Source of the DNA: a virus
Length of the DNA: 64,000 bases
Virus record (IMG/VR): IMGVR_UViG_3300027736_000021
Reading direction: 5' to 3' (one strand)
This document shows positions 32,062 through 42,615 of the stretch, piece after piece; positions within the stretch are counted from its first letter, which is position 1; the number at the start of each line of letters is the position of its first letter. Both the position numbers and the translations under genes were made by a program. The notes beneath the pieces are model-generated. The model was not told the DNA's origin. It saw only the letters and a program-made list of their open reading frames with translations, and searched no databases.

Positions 32062-33720
32062 ATGGCTGTAACTCTTTTTGGCTTTACACTAGGTAAAAAG
32101 GATATTGTTCAGGTTGAGAAACCTGAGCAAGCTTCTTTTTCGCTTCCAACCGAGACCATTGATGATGGTGCGGTTACTATTACTCAAAATGCTCACTATG
32201 GTACATATGTTGACCTAGAGGGTTCTATTCGTAATGAGTTAGAGTTAATTACTCGTTATCGTGAAATGTCTAACCATCCAGAATGTGATATGGCAATTGA
32301 TGAGATTGTCAATGAAGCTATTACACATGATACAGATGGCAAGGTTATGGATATCAATTTAGATAATCTAAAACAACCTGAATCAATTAAGAAAAAGATT
32401 ATTGAAGAATTTAATAACATTCAAAAAATGTTAAACTTCAGTAATCTTGCCGATGACCTGTTCAAACGTTGGTATATTGATGGTCGTATTTACTATCATG
32501 TAATTGTAAATGATACCGCACCAAAAGAAGGTATTCAAGAGCTTCGTTATATTGACCCACGCAAGATTCGTAAGGTGCGTGAGATTCAAAAAGACCGTGA
32601 TTCAAAAACTGGTGCTCAGATTATTAAATCAATTGCTGAGTATTATATTTACAATGACCGTGGTGCGGCAACACAATCATTTACAGCATCTACAAACCAA
32701 GGTCTAAGAATTGCGCCTGAGTCCATTATTAATGTAAACTCTGGTTTGATGGATGCAAAGAATACATTTGTAATTTCATATTTACATAAAGCAATTAAAG
32801 CTCTCAATCAATTACGCATGATTGAAGATGCTGTTGTAATCTATCGTTTGTCACGAGCACCTGAGCGCCGTATATTTTATATTGATGTTGGTAATTTACC
32901 AAAAGGTAAAGCCGAACAATATATGCGTTCTATTATGACACAGTATCGCAACAAGTTAGTATATGATGCTAACACAGGTGAAATTCGTGATGAGCGTAAA
33001 CATTTATCTATGTTAGAAGATTTTTGGTTACCACGCCGTGAAGGCGGTAAAGGTACTGAGATTACTACACTTCCTGCTGGTCAAAACCTTGGCCAAATGG
33101 AAGATGTTCAGTATTTTCAAAAGAAGTTATTGCAATCGTTGAATGTTCCAATTTCTCGCCTTGACCCACAACAAGGTGCAGGCATTATGGGTATTGGTAA
33201 AACAACTGAAGTAACTCGTGATGAAGTTAAATTTAATAAATTTATTAATCGTTTGCGTAATAAATTTTCTCGTATTTTTGATGATGCTTTGCGTGTTCAA
33301 TTAGCACTCAAAGGAATTTGTACCACAGAAGAATGGGACGAATTTAAAGAAGCCATCTATTACGACTATAAGAAAGATAATAACTTTGTTGAAATGCGTG
33401 AAGCAGAATTGATTCGTGAGCGTGTATTAACAGCAACACAGTTAGACCCATTTATTGGTAAGTATTACTCTAGTAAGTGGGTTAAGAAAAATGTGCTTCG
33501 TATGACAGATGAAGATATTGAAGAAATGGAGAAAGAAATTGAAGAAGAAAGCAGCCAACCCGTTCTTGCTGATGGCGAAGAAACCTCAGCCCAAGCAACC
33601 AACGCAGACGCAACAAGTCAAGCCGAGGACAACACTCAGGAAAGCAGCGGCACGGAGTCGTTAACTCCTCAGTTGGATGATGCGGTAAATAAGTATGCTT
33701 TTAATATAAATAGGAAATAA
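32062..33720 (+). CDS. gp20: portal protein gp20
   Basis: RAPERRIFYIDVGNLPKGKAEQY..EDFWLPRREGGKGTEITTL. Confidence 0.98.
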   Translation: MAVTLFGFTLGKKDIVQVEKPEQASFSLPTETIDDGAVTITQNAHYGTYVDLEGSIRNELELITRYREMSNHPECDMAIDEIVNEAITHDTDGKVMDINLDNLKQPESIKKKIIEEFNNIQKMLNFSNLADDLFKRWYIDGRIYYHVIVNDTAPKEGIQELRYIDPRKIRKVREIQKDRDSKTGAQIIKSIAEYYIYNDRGAATQSFTASTNQGLRIAPESIINVNSGLMDAKNTFVISYLHKAIKALNQLRMIEDAVVIYRLSRAPERRIFYIDVGNLPKGKAEQYMRSIMTQYRNKLVYDANTGEIRDERKHLSMLEDFWLPRREGGKGTEITTLPAGQNLGQMEDVQYFQKKLLQSLNVPISRLDPQQGAGIMGIGKTTEVTRDEVKFNKFINRLRNKFSRIFDDALRVQLALKGICTTEEWDEFKEAIYYDYKKDNNFVEMREAELIRERVLTATQLDPFIGKYYSSKWVKKNVLRMTDEDIEEMEKEIEEESSQPVLADGEETSAQATNADATSQAEDNTQESSGTESLTPQLDDAVNKYAFNINRK

Positions 33721-33731
33721 TGGAGAATACT

Positions 33732-33929
33732 ATGACAACAGAAACATTTATTAATCAGTTAGCTTCTGGACAAGCTGCTGATGCAAAAGAAACATTAGCA
33801 GATTTATTGTCTGCTCGTGCCTTTGAAGCATTAGATGCCCGTAAGCAAGAAATCTCAACAGCATTATTTGGTGGTCAACAAGAAGTTGAAGTGCAAGATA
33901 CTGCGGACACACCAATAGAACAAGAATGA
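33732..33929 (+). CDS. prohead core protein, gp67-like
   Basis: Small acidic ORF directly after portal; GGAG SD. Confidence 0.55.
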   Translation: MTTETFINQLASGQAADAKETLADLLSARAFEALDARKQEISTALFGGQQEVEVQDTADTPIEQE

Positions 33930-34717
33930 AATCATTAGAAGATTTTAAAAACATTCTATTAGAAGAAGAAAAATCAGACTATTCAAAGTTTGATATGTTG
34001 GTTCGTGCTGGTCTTGCCAATAAGGCACAGATACAGCGTATTCACAAAATCTTAGATAAGATGGGTGAAGAAAAACCAAACTTTAGTCCTGCTGATAGAA
34101 TGATTGTTCAAAATCTATTCAATAAAATGGTAGATTTGATTAGCAATAATAAACAAATTTTTCAACAAACTCGCCGAGCAGTAAGAGAAGATATTGTTGA
34201 TACTTCTGATTATAAGATTGATAAAACTGGTCGAAAGTATAAAGCTCACCGAATTAAACTTGGTGATACTACACCAGCAGTAGCAGACGGAACAGTTGAA
34301 TTAGCAAAAGAAGAAGTGGTGCAGTTAACAGAAGCACAAGACCCTCCTTTTGTATTGGTATTAAAACGTAAAGCAATTCGTTTATATCCTGATGGTACTA
34401 AAATTGCTTTGTATCATAATGACCGATTGGATAAAGATTTTGCTGTACCTTATTCAACATCTTCTCAACCTGTTATTCAGGCTGAAGCAGCTGATGCAAT
34501 GGGTCAACTACAAAAGATTAAAGATAGTCATAGTCATGGCACAGTAAACCATAAAGATGGTTCTGCCAGTAAGGTTGATGTTCAAACTGCTCATGCCGTA
34601 TTAATGGTACATAAGAGTTTGAATGATGAAAATAAAACCAAGTTTGCTGACATGGTAGCAAGGTCATCACACCATATGCAAAAAGCAGCCAACTTTGCTA
34701 TTAGTAAAATGAAATGA
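33926..34717 (+). CDS. hypothetical head-associated protein
   Basis: In head operon; DPPFVLVLKRKAIRLYPDG motif. Confidence 0.55.
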   Translation: MKSLEDFKNILLEEEKSDYSKFDMLVRAGLANKAQIQRIHKILDKMGEEKPNFSPADRMIVQNLFNKMVDLISNNKQIFQQTRRAVREDIVDTSDYKIDKTGRKYKAHRIKLGDTTPAVADGTVELAKEEVVQLTEAQDPPFVLVLKRKAIRLYPDGTKIALYHNDRLDKDFAVPYSTSSQPVIQAEAADAMGQLQKIKDSHSHGTVNHKDGSASKVDVQTAHAVLMVHKSLNDENKTKFADMVARSSHHMQKAANFAISKMK

Positions 34718-35154
34718 GCTTTGTTGACCTTATTGGAAAAAACAAACTTATTGAGGCCAAAGAATTTTTATTCAATCGCCTTGATGAGATAGCTGCTAAT
34801 TATTTGGCAGAAGAAAGAGAAATTATAGGTAGAAATACTTATGTTGAAGTAGAAGAACAATTAGATGAAGCTTCAACGAATGTAATTAAAATGGGTCGAG
34901 TCAAAAAGATTCGCCGCCGTATTCGTAGAAATGCACAAGGCAGAATTATTGTTCAAAAGAACATAAGAAAATCTGCAATAAAAGGATTTAGAATATCAGG
35001 TAATACAGTTAAAAGAATACCTGCTATTGAAAGAATACAAAAAGCAAGAAAACTAAAAAGGTACTGGAAGACAAAAGGTAAAGCAAAATTGCGTAGAACA
35101 TTACTTAAAAGAAAAATGTCTATCAGACGCCGCACATCCATGGGAATAAAATAA
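34714..35154 (+). CDS. basic prohead core protein, gp68-like
   Basis: Acidic N-terminus, very R/K-rich C-terminus, position before gp21. Confidence 0.6.
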   Translation: MSFVDLIGKNKLIEAKEFLFNRLDEIAANYLAEEREIIGRNTYVEVEEQLDEASTNVIKMGRVKKIRRRIRRNAQGRIIVQKNIRKSAIKGFRISGNTVKRIPAIERIQKARKLKRYWKTKGKAKLRRTLLKRKMSIRRRTSMGIK

Positions 35155-35155
35155 A

Positions 35156-35506
35156 ATGCCAATAGAAATTTCAAATACATTAAGGTCAGATTCGATTGTT
35201 CGTGTTGAGGGCACTGGTACTTACTATGCTAATCTTATTTCTTTAGCAGCTAATAGTAATGAAGTTGTTAGTGCTGCTGACATCAAACGGATTAACTGGT
35301 CAACAAACGGTAACATTACTATTGTTCGCAATGGCAATGTAATTGGTACATTCCACAATGCAGGTGAAATTAGATTTGATGAGTGGGCATATTCAATTGC
35401 CAATAACAACACATCTAACGTAGTCATTACAGTTACAACTGGCGGAACATTATTTTTAGAATTAAATAAAACTGCTGCTTACACAACACCATTAACAGGA
35501 ATGTAA
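35156..35506 (+). CDS. hypothetical virion protein
   Basis: Intact ORF in head operon. Confidence 0.55.
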   Translation: MPIEISNTLRSDSIVRVEGTGTYYANLISLAANSNEVVSAADIKRINWSTNGNITIVRNGNVIGTFHNAGEIRFDEWAYSIANNNTSNVVITVTTGGTLFLELNKTAAYTTPLTGM

Positions 35507-35507
35507 T

Positions 35508-36158
35508 ATGAAGCTTATTACAGAAAGAATAGAACAAGTTCAGTATATTACTGAAGCTAGTGAAAATGGCAAAAAGAATCTGTATATTACCGGTCCTTTT
35601 TTAGTTTACGACAAACCAAATAAAAACAACCGACTTTATACCAAAGATACATTGTCTAAAGAAGTTGGTCGTTACAATGAGGAGTTTGTCAAAACGAATC
35701 GTGCCTTAGGTGAATTAGGTCATCCTGATACCCCATCTATTAACTTAGAGCGTGTATCACATAAGATTGTTTCACTTGAGGACAATGGTGAGGCATTCAT
35801 TGGTAAAGCGATGATTTTAGAAACACCCTACGGTCAGATTGTTAAAAACTTTATTGATTCCGGTGTTAACCTTGGAGTATCTTCTCGTGGCATGGGTTCA
35901 CTCACGCAAACAAAAGAGGGTTACAACTTGGTTCAAGATGATTTCAAATTGGCAACGGCAGCTGATATCGTAGCAGATCCATCTGCTCCAGGTGCATTTG
36001 TTAATGGAATTATGGAAAACAAAGAGTGGTTATTTGTTGATGGTCGTTTCGTAGAGGCCGACATTGATTCAGCAAAAAGACAGATTAGACAAGCATCACG
36101 CAAAGACATAGAACAGGTTGCCTTAACCTTGTTTGAAAACTTTATCCGAAAACTTTAA
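35508..36158 (+). CDS. gp21: prohead protease gp21
   Basis: ALGELGHP..GVSSRGMGS..DIVADPSAPGA. Confidence 0.96.
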   Translation: MKLITERIEQVQYITEASENGKKNLYITGPFLVYDKPNKNNRLYTKDTLSKEVGRYNEEFVKTNRALGELGHPDTPSINLERVSHKIVSLEDNGEAFIGKAMILETPYGQIVKNFIDSGVNLGVSSRGMGSLTQTKEGYNLVQDDFKLATAADIVADPSAPGAFVNGIMENKEWLFVDGRFVEADIDSAKRQIRQASRKDIEQVALTLFENFIRKL

Positions 36159-36191
36159 TTTTATAAATAGAAAATCATAAGGAGATTCCTA

Positions 36192-37223
36192 ATGGCATCA
36201 AACAAATTATTTGAGGCAGCCGCAGAAATTCTTGCACAAAGCAAGGGTGCTGCACCAGCTATGCCTACACAAAAACTAGATGGTGAAACTGTCGATTTAG
36301 GTGGCCCAACACCTCAAGACAGCAAGCCAACTGACGATTCTAATAAAATCGACACAACAAAAAGCGCTAAGTCTGCAACTGCTCCAACAACGAAGCCATC
36401 TGCAGCTTCTGCCAAAATGGAAGAAACAGAGTCCGAAGAAGAAATCATTGCTGAAAAAATGCATGATGACGAAAAGAAAGAAATGATGAAGAAGAAAATG
36501 AAAGAGGACATTGATGCCCTTTTTGCTGACGATTCTACCATTTCTGAAGAATTCAAATCTAAAGTTTCTACAATTTTTGAAGCTCGTGTCCAAGACCGTG
36601 TTGCACAAATTGAAGAAGAAACTGAAGAGCGTTATGCTGGTATGCTTGAAGAGGCAGTTGAATCTATCAAGCAAGATTTGACAGAGAAAGTTGATGACTA
36701 TCTATCTTACATTGTTGAGCAATGGATGGAAGAAAATCAAATCGCTATTGAATCTGGTCTCCGTTCCGAAATGACCGAAGATTTTATTGCCGGTTTACGC
36801 AACCTATTTGCTGAGCACTATATTGATGTGCCTGCAGAAAAAGTCGACCTCGTTGATGAGTTGGCTGGTAAAGTTGAAGAACTTGAAACCAAACTCAATG
36901 AAGAAATCGAGCGTGGAGTTAGCTTTGCTAAAGCATTAGTTGAATCCCGCAAAAAAGAAATTGCTGGTGAAGTATGTGAAGGTCTCATTGCAACTCAAGT
37001 TGAAAAAATTAAATCACTCGCAGAGAGTGTTGAATTCTCCACAGAGGACGAATACAAAGAGAAACTTGAAACCATTCGTGAGAACTATTTTCCATCTGGC
37101 ATTAAAAAAGCTAGTGAATCACAACTTCAAGAAGAAGTAACTGATGGCTCAGAGAAGCAAGTCGTTTCTAACGACCCTTATGTTGCCGCAGTTGCAAACG
37201 CAATTTCTAAAACTAAAATTTAA
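36192..37223 (+). CDS. gp22: prohead scaffold gp22
   Basis: SEEFKSKVSTIFEA..KVDDYLSYIVEQWMEEN. Confidence 0.92.
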   Translation: MASNKLFEAAAEILAQSKGAAPAMPTQKLDGETVDLGGPTPQDSKPTDDSNKIDTTKSAKSATAPTTKPSAASAKMEETESEEEIIAEKMHDDEKKEMMKKKMKEDIDALFADDSTISEEFKSKVSTIFEARVQDRVAQIEEETEERYAGMLEEAVESIKQDLTEKVDDYLSYIVEQWMEENQIAIESGLRSEMTEDFIAGLRNLFAEHYIDVPAEKVDLVDELAGKVEELETKLNEEIERGVSFAKALVESRKKEIAGEVCEGLIATQVEKIKSLAESVEFSTEDEYKEKLETIRENYFPSGIKKASESQLQEEVTDGSEKQVVSNDPYVAAVANAISKTKI

Positions 37224-37245
37224 TTAAACTCTAAGGAGAAACTCA

Positions 37246-38592
37246 ATGTATTTGTCCGAACAATTACAAAAGAAATGGGAAGGCGTTCTGGATCATCCAG
37301 ATATGCCAGCTATTAAAGACCCATATCGTAAAGCAGTAACAGCCGTTGTTCTTGAAAATCAAGTTCAAGAAATGGCTAAATCTGGTAGCATCCTTCAAGA
37401 AGCTGGTCCCCCAACAAACTTTGCTGGTACAGGCGGTTTCGGTGGTAGTGCAGCTGCTGGCGGCCCTGTTGCCGGTTTTGATCCAATCTTAATCAGTTTG
37501 GTTCGCCGTTCGTTGCCTAACCTCATCGCTTATGATATTTGCGGTGTTCAACCAATGACTGGTCCTACTGGCTTAATTTTTGCTATGCGTACCAAGTATT
37601 CATCACAAGGTGGTACAGAGGCATTCTTCAACGAAGCCAACACAGGTTTCGCTGGTGCAAACGGTGGCGGCGCTCAAATCGCTCTTACTGTTCCTACTGA
37701 TACTGCTGCTAACAACACATTTGCTGGTAACGCTGCTGCAATCGCTGCTATGACCACAGGTAGTGCTGAAGCTTTAGGTGATGGCGCATCTGGTAATACA
37801 TTCCAAGAAATGGCATTCTCTATTGAGAAAGTTACTGTAACTGCAAAGACTCGTGCTTTGAAGGCAGAATACTCATTAGAACTTGCTCAAGACTTGAAAG
37901 CAGTTCATGGTTTAGATGCAGAAACAGAATTAGCAAACATTCTCTCAACAGAGATTCTTGCTGAAATTAACCGTGAAGTTATCCGCACAATCTATGGTGT
38001 TGCTAAGTTGGGTGCTCAAGTTGGTACAACAACTGCTGGTACATTTAACCTCGACACAGATTCCAACGGTCGTTGGATGGTTGAGAAGATTAAAGGTTTG
38101 GCATTCCAAATCGAGCGTGAAGCTAATACAATTGCCAAGACAACTCGCCGTGGCAAAGGTAATGTTTTAATCTGCTCTTCTGACGTTGCATCTGCATTTG
38201 CAATGGCAGGTTTGTTAGATTATAACTCTGCTTTACAATCGCAAGTTAACCTCACAGTTGACGATACAGGTAACACATTTGCTGGTACAATGTTTGGTCG
38301 TATCAAGGTTTACATCGACCCATATTTTGCCACAAGTTCTACCAATGAGTTTGCTGTTGTTGGTTACAAAGGTACAAACGCCTATGACGCTGGTATTTTC
38401 TACTGCCCATACGTTCCATTGCAAATGGTTCGTGCAGTTGATACTGGCACCTTCCAGCCAAAGATTGGTTTCAAGACCCGTTACGGTCTCGTTGCCAACC
38501 CATTTGCAGAAGGTACATCACAAGGCCTTGGCGCATTGACTGTTCAATCCAACAACTACTACCGTGGTTTCAGGATTTCCAACTTGATGTAA
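37246..38592 (+). CDS. gp23: major capsid protein gp23
   Basis: GVQPMTGPTGLIFAMR..RALKAEYSLELAQDLKAVHGLDAE..FQPKIGFKTRYG. Confidence 0.99.
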   Translation: MYLSEQLQKKWEGVLDHPDMPAIKDPYRKAVTAVVLENQVQEMAKSGSILQEAGPPTNFAGTGGFGGSAAAGGPVAGFDPILISLVRRSLPNLIAYDICGVQPMTGPTGLIFAMRTKYSSQGGTEAFFNEANTGFAGANGGGAQIALTVPTDTAANNTFAGNAAAIAAMTTGSAEALGDGASGNTFQEMAFSIEKVTVTAKTRALKAEYSLELAQDLKAVHGLDAETELANILSTEILAEINREVIRTIYGVAKLGAQVGTTTAGTFNLDTDSNGRWMVEKIKGLAFQIEREANTIAKTTRRGKGNVLICSSDVASAFAMAGLLDYNSALQSQVNLTVDDTGNTFAGTMFGRIKVYIDPYFATSSTNEFAVVGYKGTNAYDAGIFYCPYVPLQMVRAVDTGTFQPKIGFKTRYGLVANPFAEGTSQGLGALTVQSNNYYRGFRISNLM

Positions 38593-38620
38593 TTAAAAAC
38601 TCCAACAAGAGAGTTCTTAG

Positions 38621-38649
38621 AGAGACCACTTCGGTGGTCTCTTTTTTTT
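38621..38649 (+). terminator. intrinsic terminator after gp23
   Basis: AGAGACCAC-TTCG-GTGGTCTCT plus T run. Confidence 0.88.
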
Positions 38650-38666
38650 GGCGTATAAATAGTAGT

Positions 38667-39218
38667 ATGACAGCAATTACAAGAAACCCAGCCAATCCAA
38701 ATTATCTACACCCTAATAAGTTTCAATTAAACTTTGGTAGGGCATCTAATGTTCAATACTTTTGCCAGTCTGTAAGTGTGCCTGGCATCTCCATGTCTGA
38801 AGTTCTACAAACTACTCCATTTGTTGACTTGTATAGACCTGGTGAAAAAGCCATTTACGATTTATTAAATGTTACCTTTATTGTTGATGAACAATTAAAA
38901 GCATGGTTAGAAATACACGATTGGATCCGTGCTATGACTTTTCCAACCAATTTCAAAGAATACCAAAATTTAGGCCTATTAAGTAAACAAGCTGGTATAA
39001 GGCAAGAATTAGGAATTGGTCCCCAATATTCTGACGCTACATTAACCGTGTTATCAACGGCAAATAATCCAACTCACCGATTTAAATTTTATGAAGTATT
39101 CCCTACAACACTATCCACATTTGTAATGTCGGCATCTGATACACCAGACAGTATCATTACTGCCGATGCCACATTCAGATATTCCTATTATGATGTTGAC
39201 ATAGTATCACAAAACTGA
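38667..39218 (+). CDS. gp3: tail completion/tube terminator gp3-like
   Basis: YFCQSVSVPGIS..FIVDE.LKAWLEIHDW..FPTTLS; late promoter at 38654. Confidence 0.8.
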   Translation: MTAITRNPANPNYLHPNKFQLNFGRASNVQYFCQSVSVPGISMSEVLQTTPFVDLYRPGEKAIYDLLNVTFIVDEQLKAWLEIHDWIRAMTFPTNFKEYQNLGLLSKQAGIRQELGIGPQYSDATLTVLSTANNPTHRFKFYEVFPTTLSTFVMSASDTPDSIITADATFRYSYYDVDIVSQN

Positions 39219-39224
39219 TATACT
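39196..39224 (+). promoter_or_regulatory. sigma70-type promoter for uvsY/uvsW
   Basis: TTGACA-17-TATACT with extended TG. Confidence 0.75.
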
Positions 39225-39243
39225 CCTATAAGGAGGCTTTATT

Positions 39244-39678
39244 ATGAACAAACTTGACGAGGTATTAGAATTGTGGGCAAAAGATTCTGTTATTGATAGA
39301 ACAGAACCAGGCAAAGAACTCACAAACATTCCACAATTACATAGTAAGTATTTGAATATACTTTCACGGCATCGCCTATTGGCAAAAGAAGCCGAGTTTA
39401 AGTATAACAGATTGAAACGAATTAAATGGGAATATTATACAGGTAAACTAGATGATGATACTCTTAGACAATATGGATGGGAGCCATTTCCATTTGTATT
39501 GAAATCTGAAATCAATACCTACTTTGAAAGTGATGATGACTTAAACAAATTAGTGGCATCAAAAATGATACATGATGAGATTGTAGATGCCTGTCAAAGT
39601 ATTCTTAAAGAATTGAATAGTAGAACCTATCAGTTGAGAGATTTTATAGCATGGGAACGGTTCATACAAGGAATTTAA
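39244..39678 (+). CDS. uvsY: recombination mediator UvsY
   Basis: W.KDSVID..IPQLHSKYL..KWEYYTGK. Confidence 0.9.
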   Translation: MNKLDEVLELWAKDSVIDRTEPGKELTNIPQLHSKYLNILSRHRLLAKEAEFKYNRLKRIKWEYYTGKLDDDTLRQYGWEPFPFVLKSEINTYFESDDDLNKLVASKMIHDEIVDACQSILKELNSRTYQLRDFIAWERFIQGI

Positions 39679-41142
39679 TTGGATATTAGACTAGAGAAAG
39701 TCAATGAAGCTTTTATTCGTGTTCACTCAGAAAGAAACATAGCTCAAGAACTTTCAGATTACTTTACTTTTTTTGTACCAGGTTACCAATTTACACCTGC
39801 ATACAAAGCACGATATTGGGATGGAAAGATACGCCTATTGGACTTACGAACAATGGGTTTGTATCATGGCCTTGTTCCTTATATTCAAAAGTTTGCTGAA
39901 GAAAGGCAATATCAAGTAGAGATTGATTCAGAGGTAACTGCTACTGAAAATTTCTCAATCAAAGAAGCCAAAGATTTTATTGAAACACTTAATCTTCCAC
40001 ATGAAGTGCGAGATTACCAATTAAATTCTTTTGTTCATGCAATACGAAACAAACGAATACTTCTATTATCTCCTACGGCATCAGGTAAATCTCTTATTCT
40101 TTATTTGATACTCCGTCAAATACAAGATGCTAACCATAAAAAAGGTCTATTAATTGTTCCAACTACATCATTGGTTGAACAAATGTATAAAGACTTTCAA
40201 GATTATGGATACGATTCAGATAAACATTGTCACCGACAGTATGCAGGTAAAGACAAGGTCACAGATAAGTTTTTAACCATTACTACATGGCAATCTATCT
40301 ACAAAAACCCACCAGAGTATTTTGAACAATATGATTTTGTTCTTGGTGATGAAGCACATCAATTCAAAGCTAAATCACTTACAACAATTATGTCTGGCAC
40401 AATTAATGCCAAGTATCGTATTGGTTGCACAGGTACATTAGATGGTACTCAGACACATCGCCTTGTATTAGAAGGTCTATTTGGTCCTGTTTATAGAGCC
40501 ACTTCTACCGCAGAGTTAATTCAAAATAAACAATTAGCAGATTTCAAAATCAAATGCCTTATATTAAAGTATCCTGATTCTGTTTGTAAAATGGCTCGTG
40601 ATTGGGACTACAATACAGAAGTTGAATATATAGTTATGAGCGCTGCTAGAAATGAATTCATTAAAAATCTAGCACTATCTTTAGAAGGTAATTCTCTTAT
40701 TCTTTTCCAGTTTGTAGAAAAACATGGCAGAGATTTACATTCAATTATCAAAGAACAAGCAAAGAATCGCCAGGTATTCTTTGTTTACGGAGGAACAGAT
40801 GTTGAAGTCCGTGAATCAATTCGTGCTATTACTGAAAAAGAAAAAGACGCTATTATTGTGGCATCTTATGGCACTTTCTCTACTGGTATTAACATTCGCA
40901 ATCTACACAATATCATCTTTGCAAGTCCTTCTAAATCAAGGATTCGTAATTTGCAATCTATCGGTAGAGGTTTACGGATAGGTGATGATAAAACTGAAGC
41001 CACATTATTTGATATCTCTGATGATTTCCGTATAGGCAAATTTACCAATTACACCTTGAAACATTTCGTAGAACGTGTTAAAATATACGATGATGAAAAA
41101 TTCAATTACAAGTTTTATAACATAGACCTAAAAAATGGATAA
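39679..41142 (+). CDS. uvsW: DNA helicase UvsW (TTG start)
   Basis: SPTASGKS, GDEAH, TGT, QSIGRGLR SF2 motifs. Confidence 0.95.
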   Translation: MDIRLEKVNEAFIRVHSERNIAQELSDYFTFFVPGYQFTPAYKARYWDGKIRLLDLRTMGLYHGLVPYIQKFAEERQYQVEIDSEVTATENFSIKEAKDFIETLNLPHEVRDYQLNSFVHAIRNKRILLLSPTASGKSLILYLILRQIQDANHKKGLLIVPTTSLVEQMYKDFQDYGYDSDKHCHRQYAGKDKVTDKFLTITTWQSIYKNPPEYFEQYDFVLGDEAHQFKAKSLTTIMSGTINAKYRIGCTGTLDGTQTHRLVLEGLFGPVYRATSTAELIQNKQLADFKIKCLILKYPDSVCKMARDWDYNTEVEYIVMSAARNEFIKNLALSLEGNSLILFQFVEKHGRDLHSIIKEQAKNRQVFFVYGGTDVEVRESIRAITEKEKDAIIVASYGTFSTGINIRNLHNIIFASPSKSRIRNLQSIGRGLRIGDDKTEATLFDISDDFRIGKFTNYTLKHFVERVKIYDDEKFNYKFYNIDLKNG

Positions 41143-41551
41143 TATAAAAATAGTAAGACTGCAATCAGGTGAAGATGTTATAGCAAATTATACTGATGAT
41201 GAAGAAGGTTCAATTACCTTAACTAACCCAATGTCTTTGATGTTCAAAAGAATGCCAACAGGCAGAGCTGTAATGATGATGAGTCCTTGGTTACCTTTAG
41301 AATTAGTTGAAGATAATGTTGCTTGCATATATGCTCAAGACATTCTTTCCGTATTTCAACCAAAACAATCAATCATTGATTATTATAATACAACGGTAAC
41401 AGAGGTTGAAGAAGATAGGCAGAATGAAGAAATGAATGAACTGCATGACCTTGAAGAAGATGATTTGGAAATGTCAGTAGAGGAAGAACAAGAGGCTATG
41501 GAAGAATTAAACCTGATTCGTCAGGACATTAAGAAGAAGCTTTTACACTAA
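41135..41551 (+). CDS. conserved hypothetical protein (Sm-like pattern)
   Basis: IKIVRLQSGEDVIA..L.NP..PW motif. Confidence 0.6.
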   Translation: MDNIKIVRLQSGEDVIANYTDDEEGSITLTNPMSLMFKRMPTGRAVMMMSPWLPLELVEDNVACIYAQDILSVFQPKQSIIDYYNTTVTEVEEDRQNEEMNELHDLEEDDLEMSVEEEQEAMEELNLIRQDIKKKLLH

Positions 41552-41572
41552 ACTTGCAAACGGAACACCGCT

Positions 41573-41604
41573 ACTATAACATTGTCAAGCGATAAATGAG
41601 GCAA
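41573..41604 (-). promoter_or_regulatory. antisense promoter of the TTGCCWCR-N18 class
   Basis: Minus strand TTGCCTCA-18 nt-TATAGT with TG extension. Confidence 0.5.
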
Positions 41605-41654
41605 ATGTAGCATAAGAATGGTGCTTTTTCTGGAAAGTATGATATAATGATTGT

Positions 41655-42068
41655 ATGTTAGAATATAATGAACAGAACCTACAAACAGTATGTGAGATTA
41701 TCAAACGAAATCTTACACCAGATTTGTTGCCAAAAAAATGGATAATTAAAAACGAAAGTAATCCTGCCTTTGGCCATTGTCATAATGCCTCTGGTTGTTT
41801 GTATAAGATATTTGGTTCTAAACAATTAAGTTTGTACCGAGGCTTTGATGGTGAAATATATCATTGGTGGGTACAAGACAAAGCAGGTAAGATAATTGAT
41901 TTAACCTCAGAACAATACACAAGTATTGGTAAATTGCCACCTTATGATAAAGCTGAGAAATCAGGATTACTTGGTTTTGATTATAAAAAAAGAGTTCTTA
42001 AATTGCATGACAGAGTAGTAAATGAATTGAGCGGTAATAAATTAGGATTATTAAATCATTATGAGTAA
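41655..42068 (+). CDS. hypothetical protein with a possible Cys/His/Asp catalytic motif
   Basis: GHCHNAS..YHWWV..IIDLTSEQY; TGaTATAAT upstream at 41640-41648. Confidence 0.55.
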   Translation: MLEYNEQNLQTVCEIIKRNLTPDLLPKKWIIKNESNPAFGHCHNASGCLYKIFGSKQLSLYRGFDGEIYHWWVQDKAGKIIDLTSEQYTSIGKLPPYDKAEKSGLLGFDYKKRVLKLHDRVVNELSGNKLGLLNHYE

Positions 42069-42615
42069 AAAACACTATGTCAACAATGCTGACTTTCTGG
42101 CATCTCTGATTGACTATAAAGAAAGATGTAGAAAAGCTAAGAAAGACAAAAAGGAAGACCCACCAATTCCAAATTATGTTGGTGAATGTTTTTTAAAGAT
42201 TGCAGAACACCTATCTCGTAAGCCTAATTTTGTATCTTATTCATTTCGTGATGAGATGATTTCAGATGGTATTGAAAATTGTATTCAATATTTTCGTAAT
42301 TTTGATGAAACTAAATCAAAGAATCCATTTGCTTACTTTACACAGATTATTTACTTTGCCTTTTTGCGTAGAATTCAAAAAGAAAAAAAACAACTATATG
42401 TAAAGTATAAAGCAACACAACAATTTGGTATGCTTGACGAAGGCGAAATGTATGAAGATGCTGATGGTCATATGAAGCAGTTTGAACTTTATGATAACAT
42501 TGCAGAGTTCATTGAAACCTTTGAAGATGCCAAAGAAAAGAAAAAGAAAGCAAAGACTAAAGGCCTAGAGAAGTTTCTTGACGCTGACGAATTGGACATT
42601 CCAAAAGAACTATGA
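42061..42615 (+). CDS. gp55: late transcription sigma factor gp55
   Basis: HYVNNADF..YSFRDEMISDGIENC..NPFAYFTQIIYFAFLRRIQKEKKQ. Confidence 0.97.
   Translation: MSKKHYVNNADFLASLIDYKERCRKAKKDKKEDPPIPNYVGECFLKIAEHLSRKPNFVSYSFRDEMISDGIENCIQYFRNFDETKSKNPFAYFTQIIYFAFLRRIQKEKKQLYVKYKATQQFGMLDEGEMYEDADGHMKQFELYDNIAEFIETFEDAKEKKKKAKTKGLEKFLDADELDIPKEL

Noticed and set aside
41566-41591. Inverted collapsed copy of the tRNA promoter (CGCTTGACA, ATGTTATAGTA, GCGGTG blocks match 48279-48325)
   Set aside because: Needs two gaps and is mostly explained by shared promoter consensus; kept only as an antisense promoter candidate
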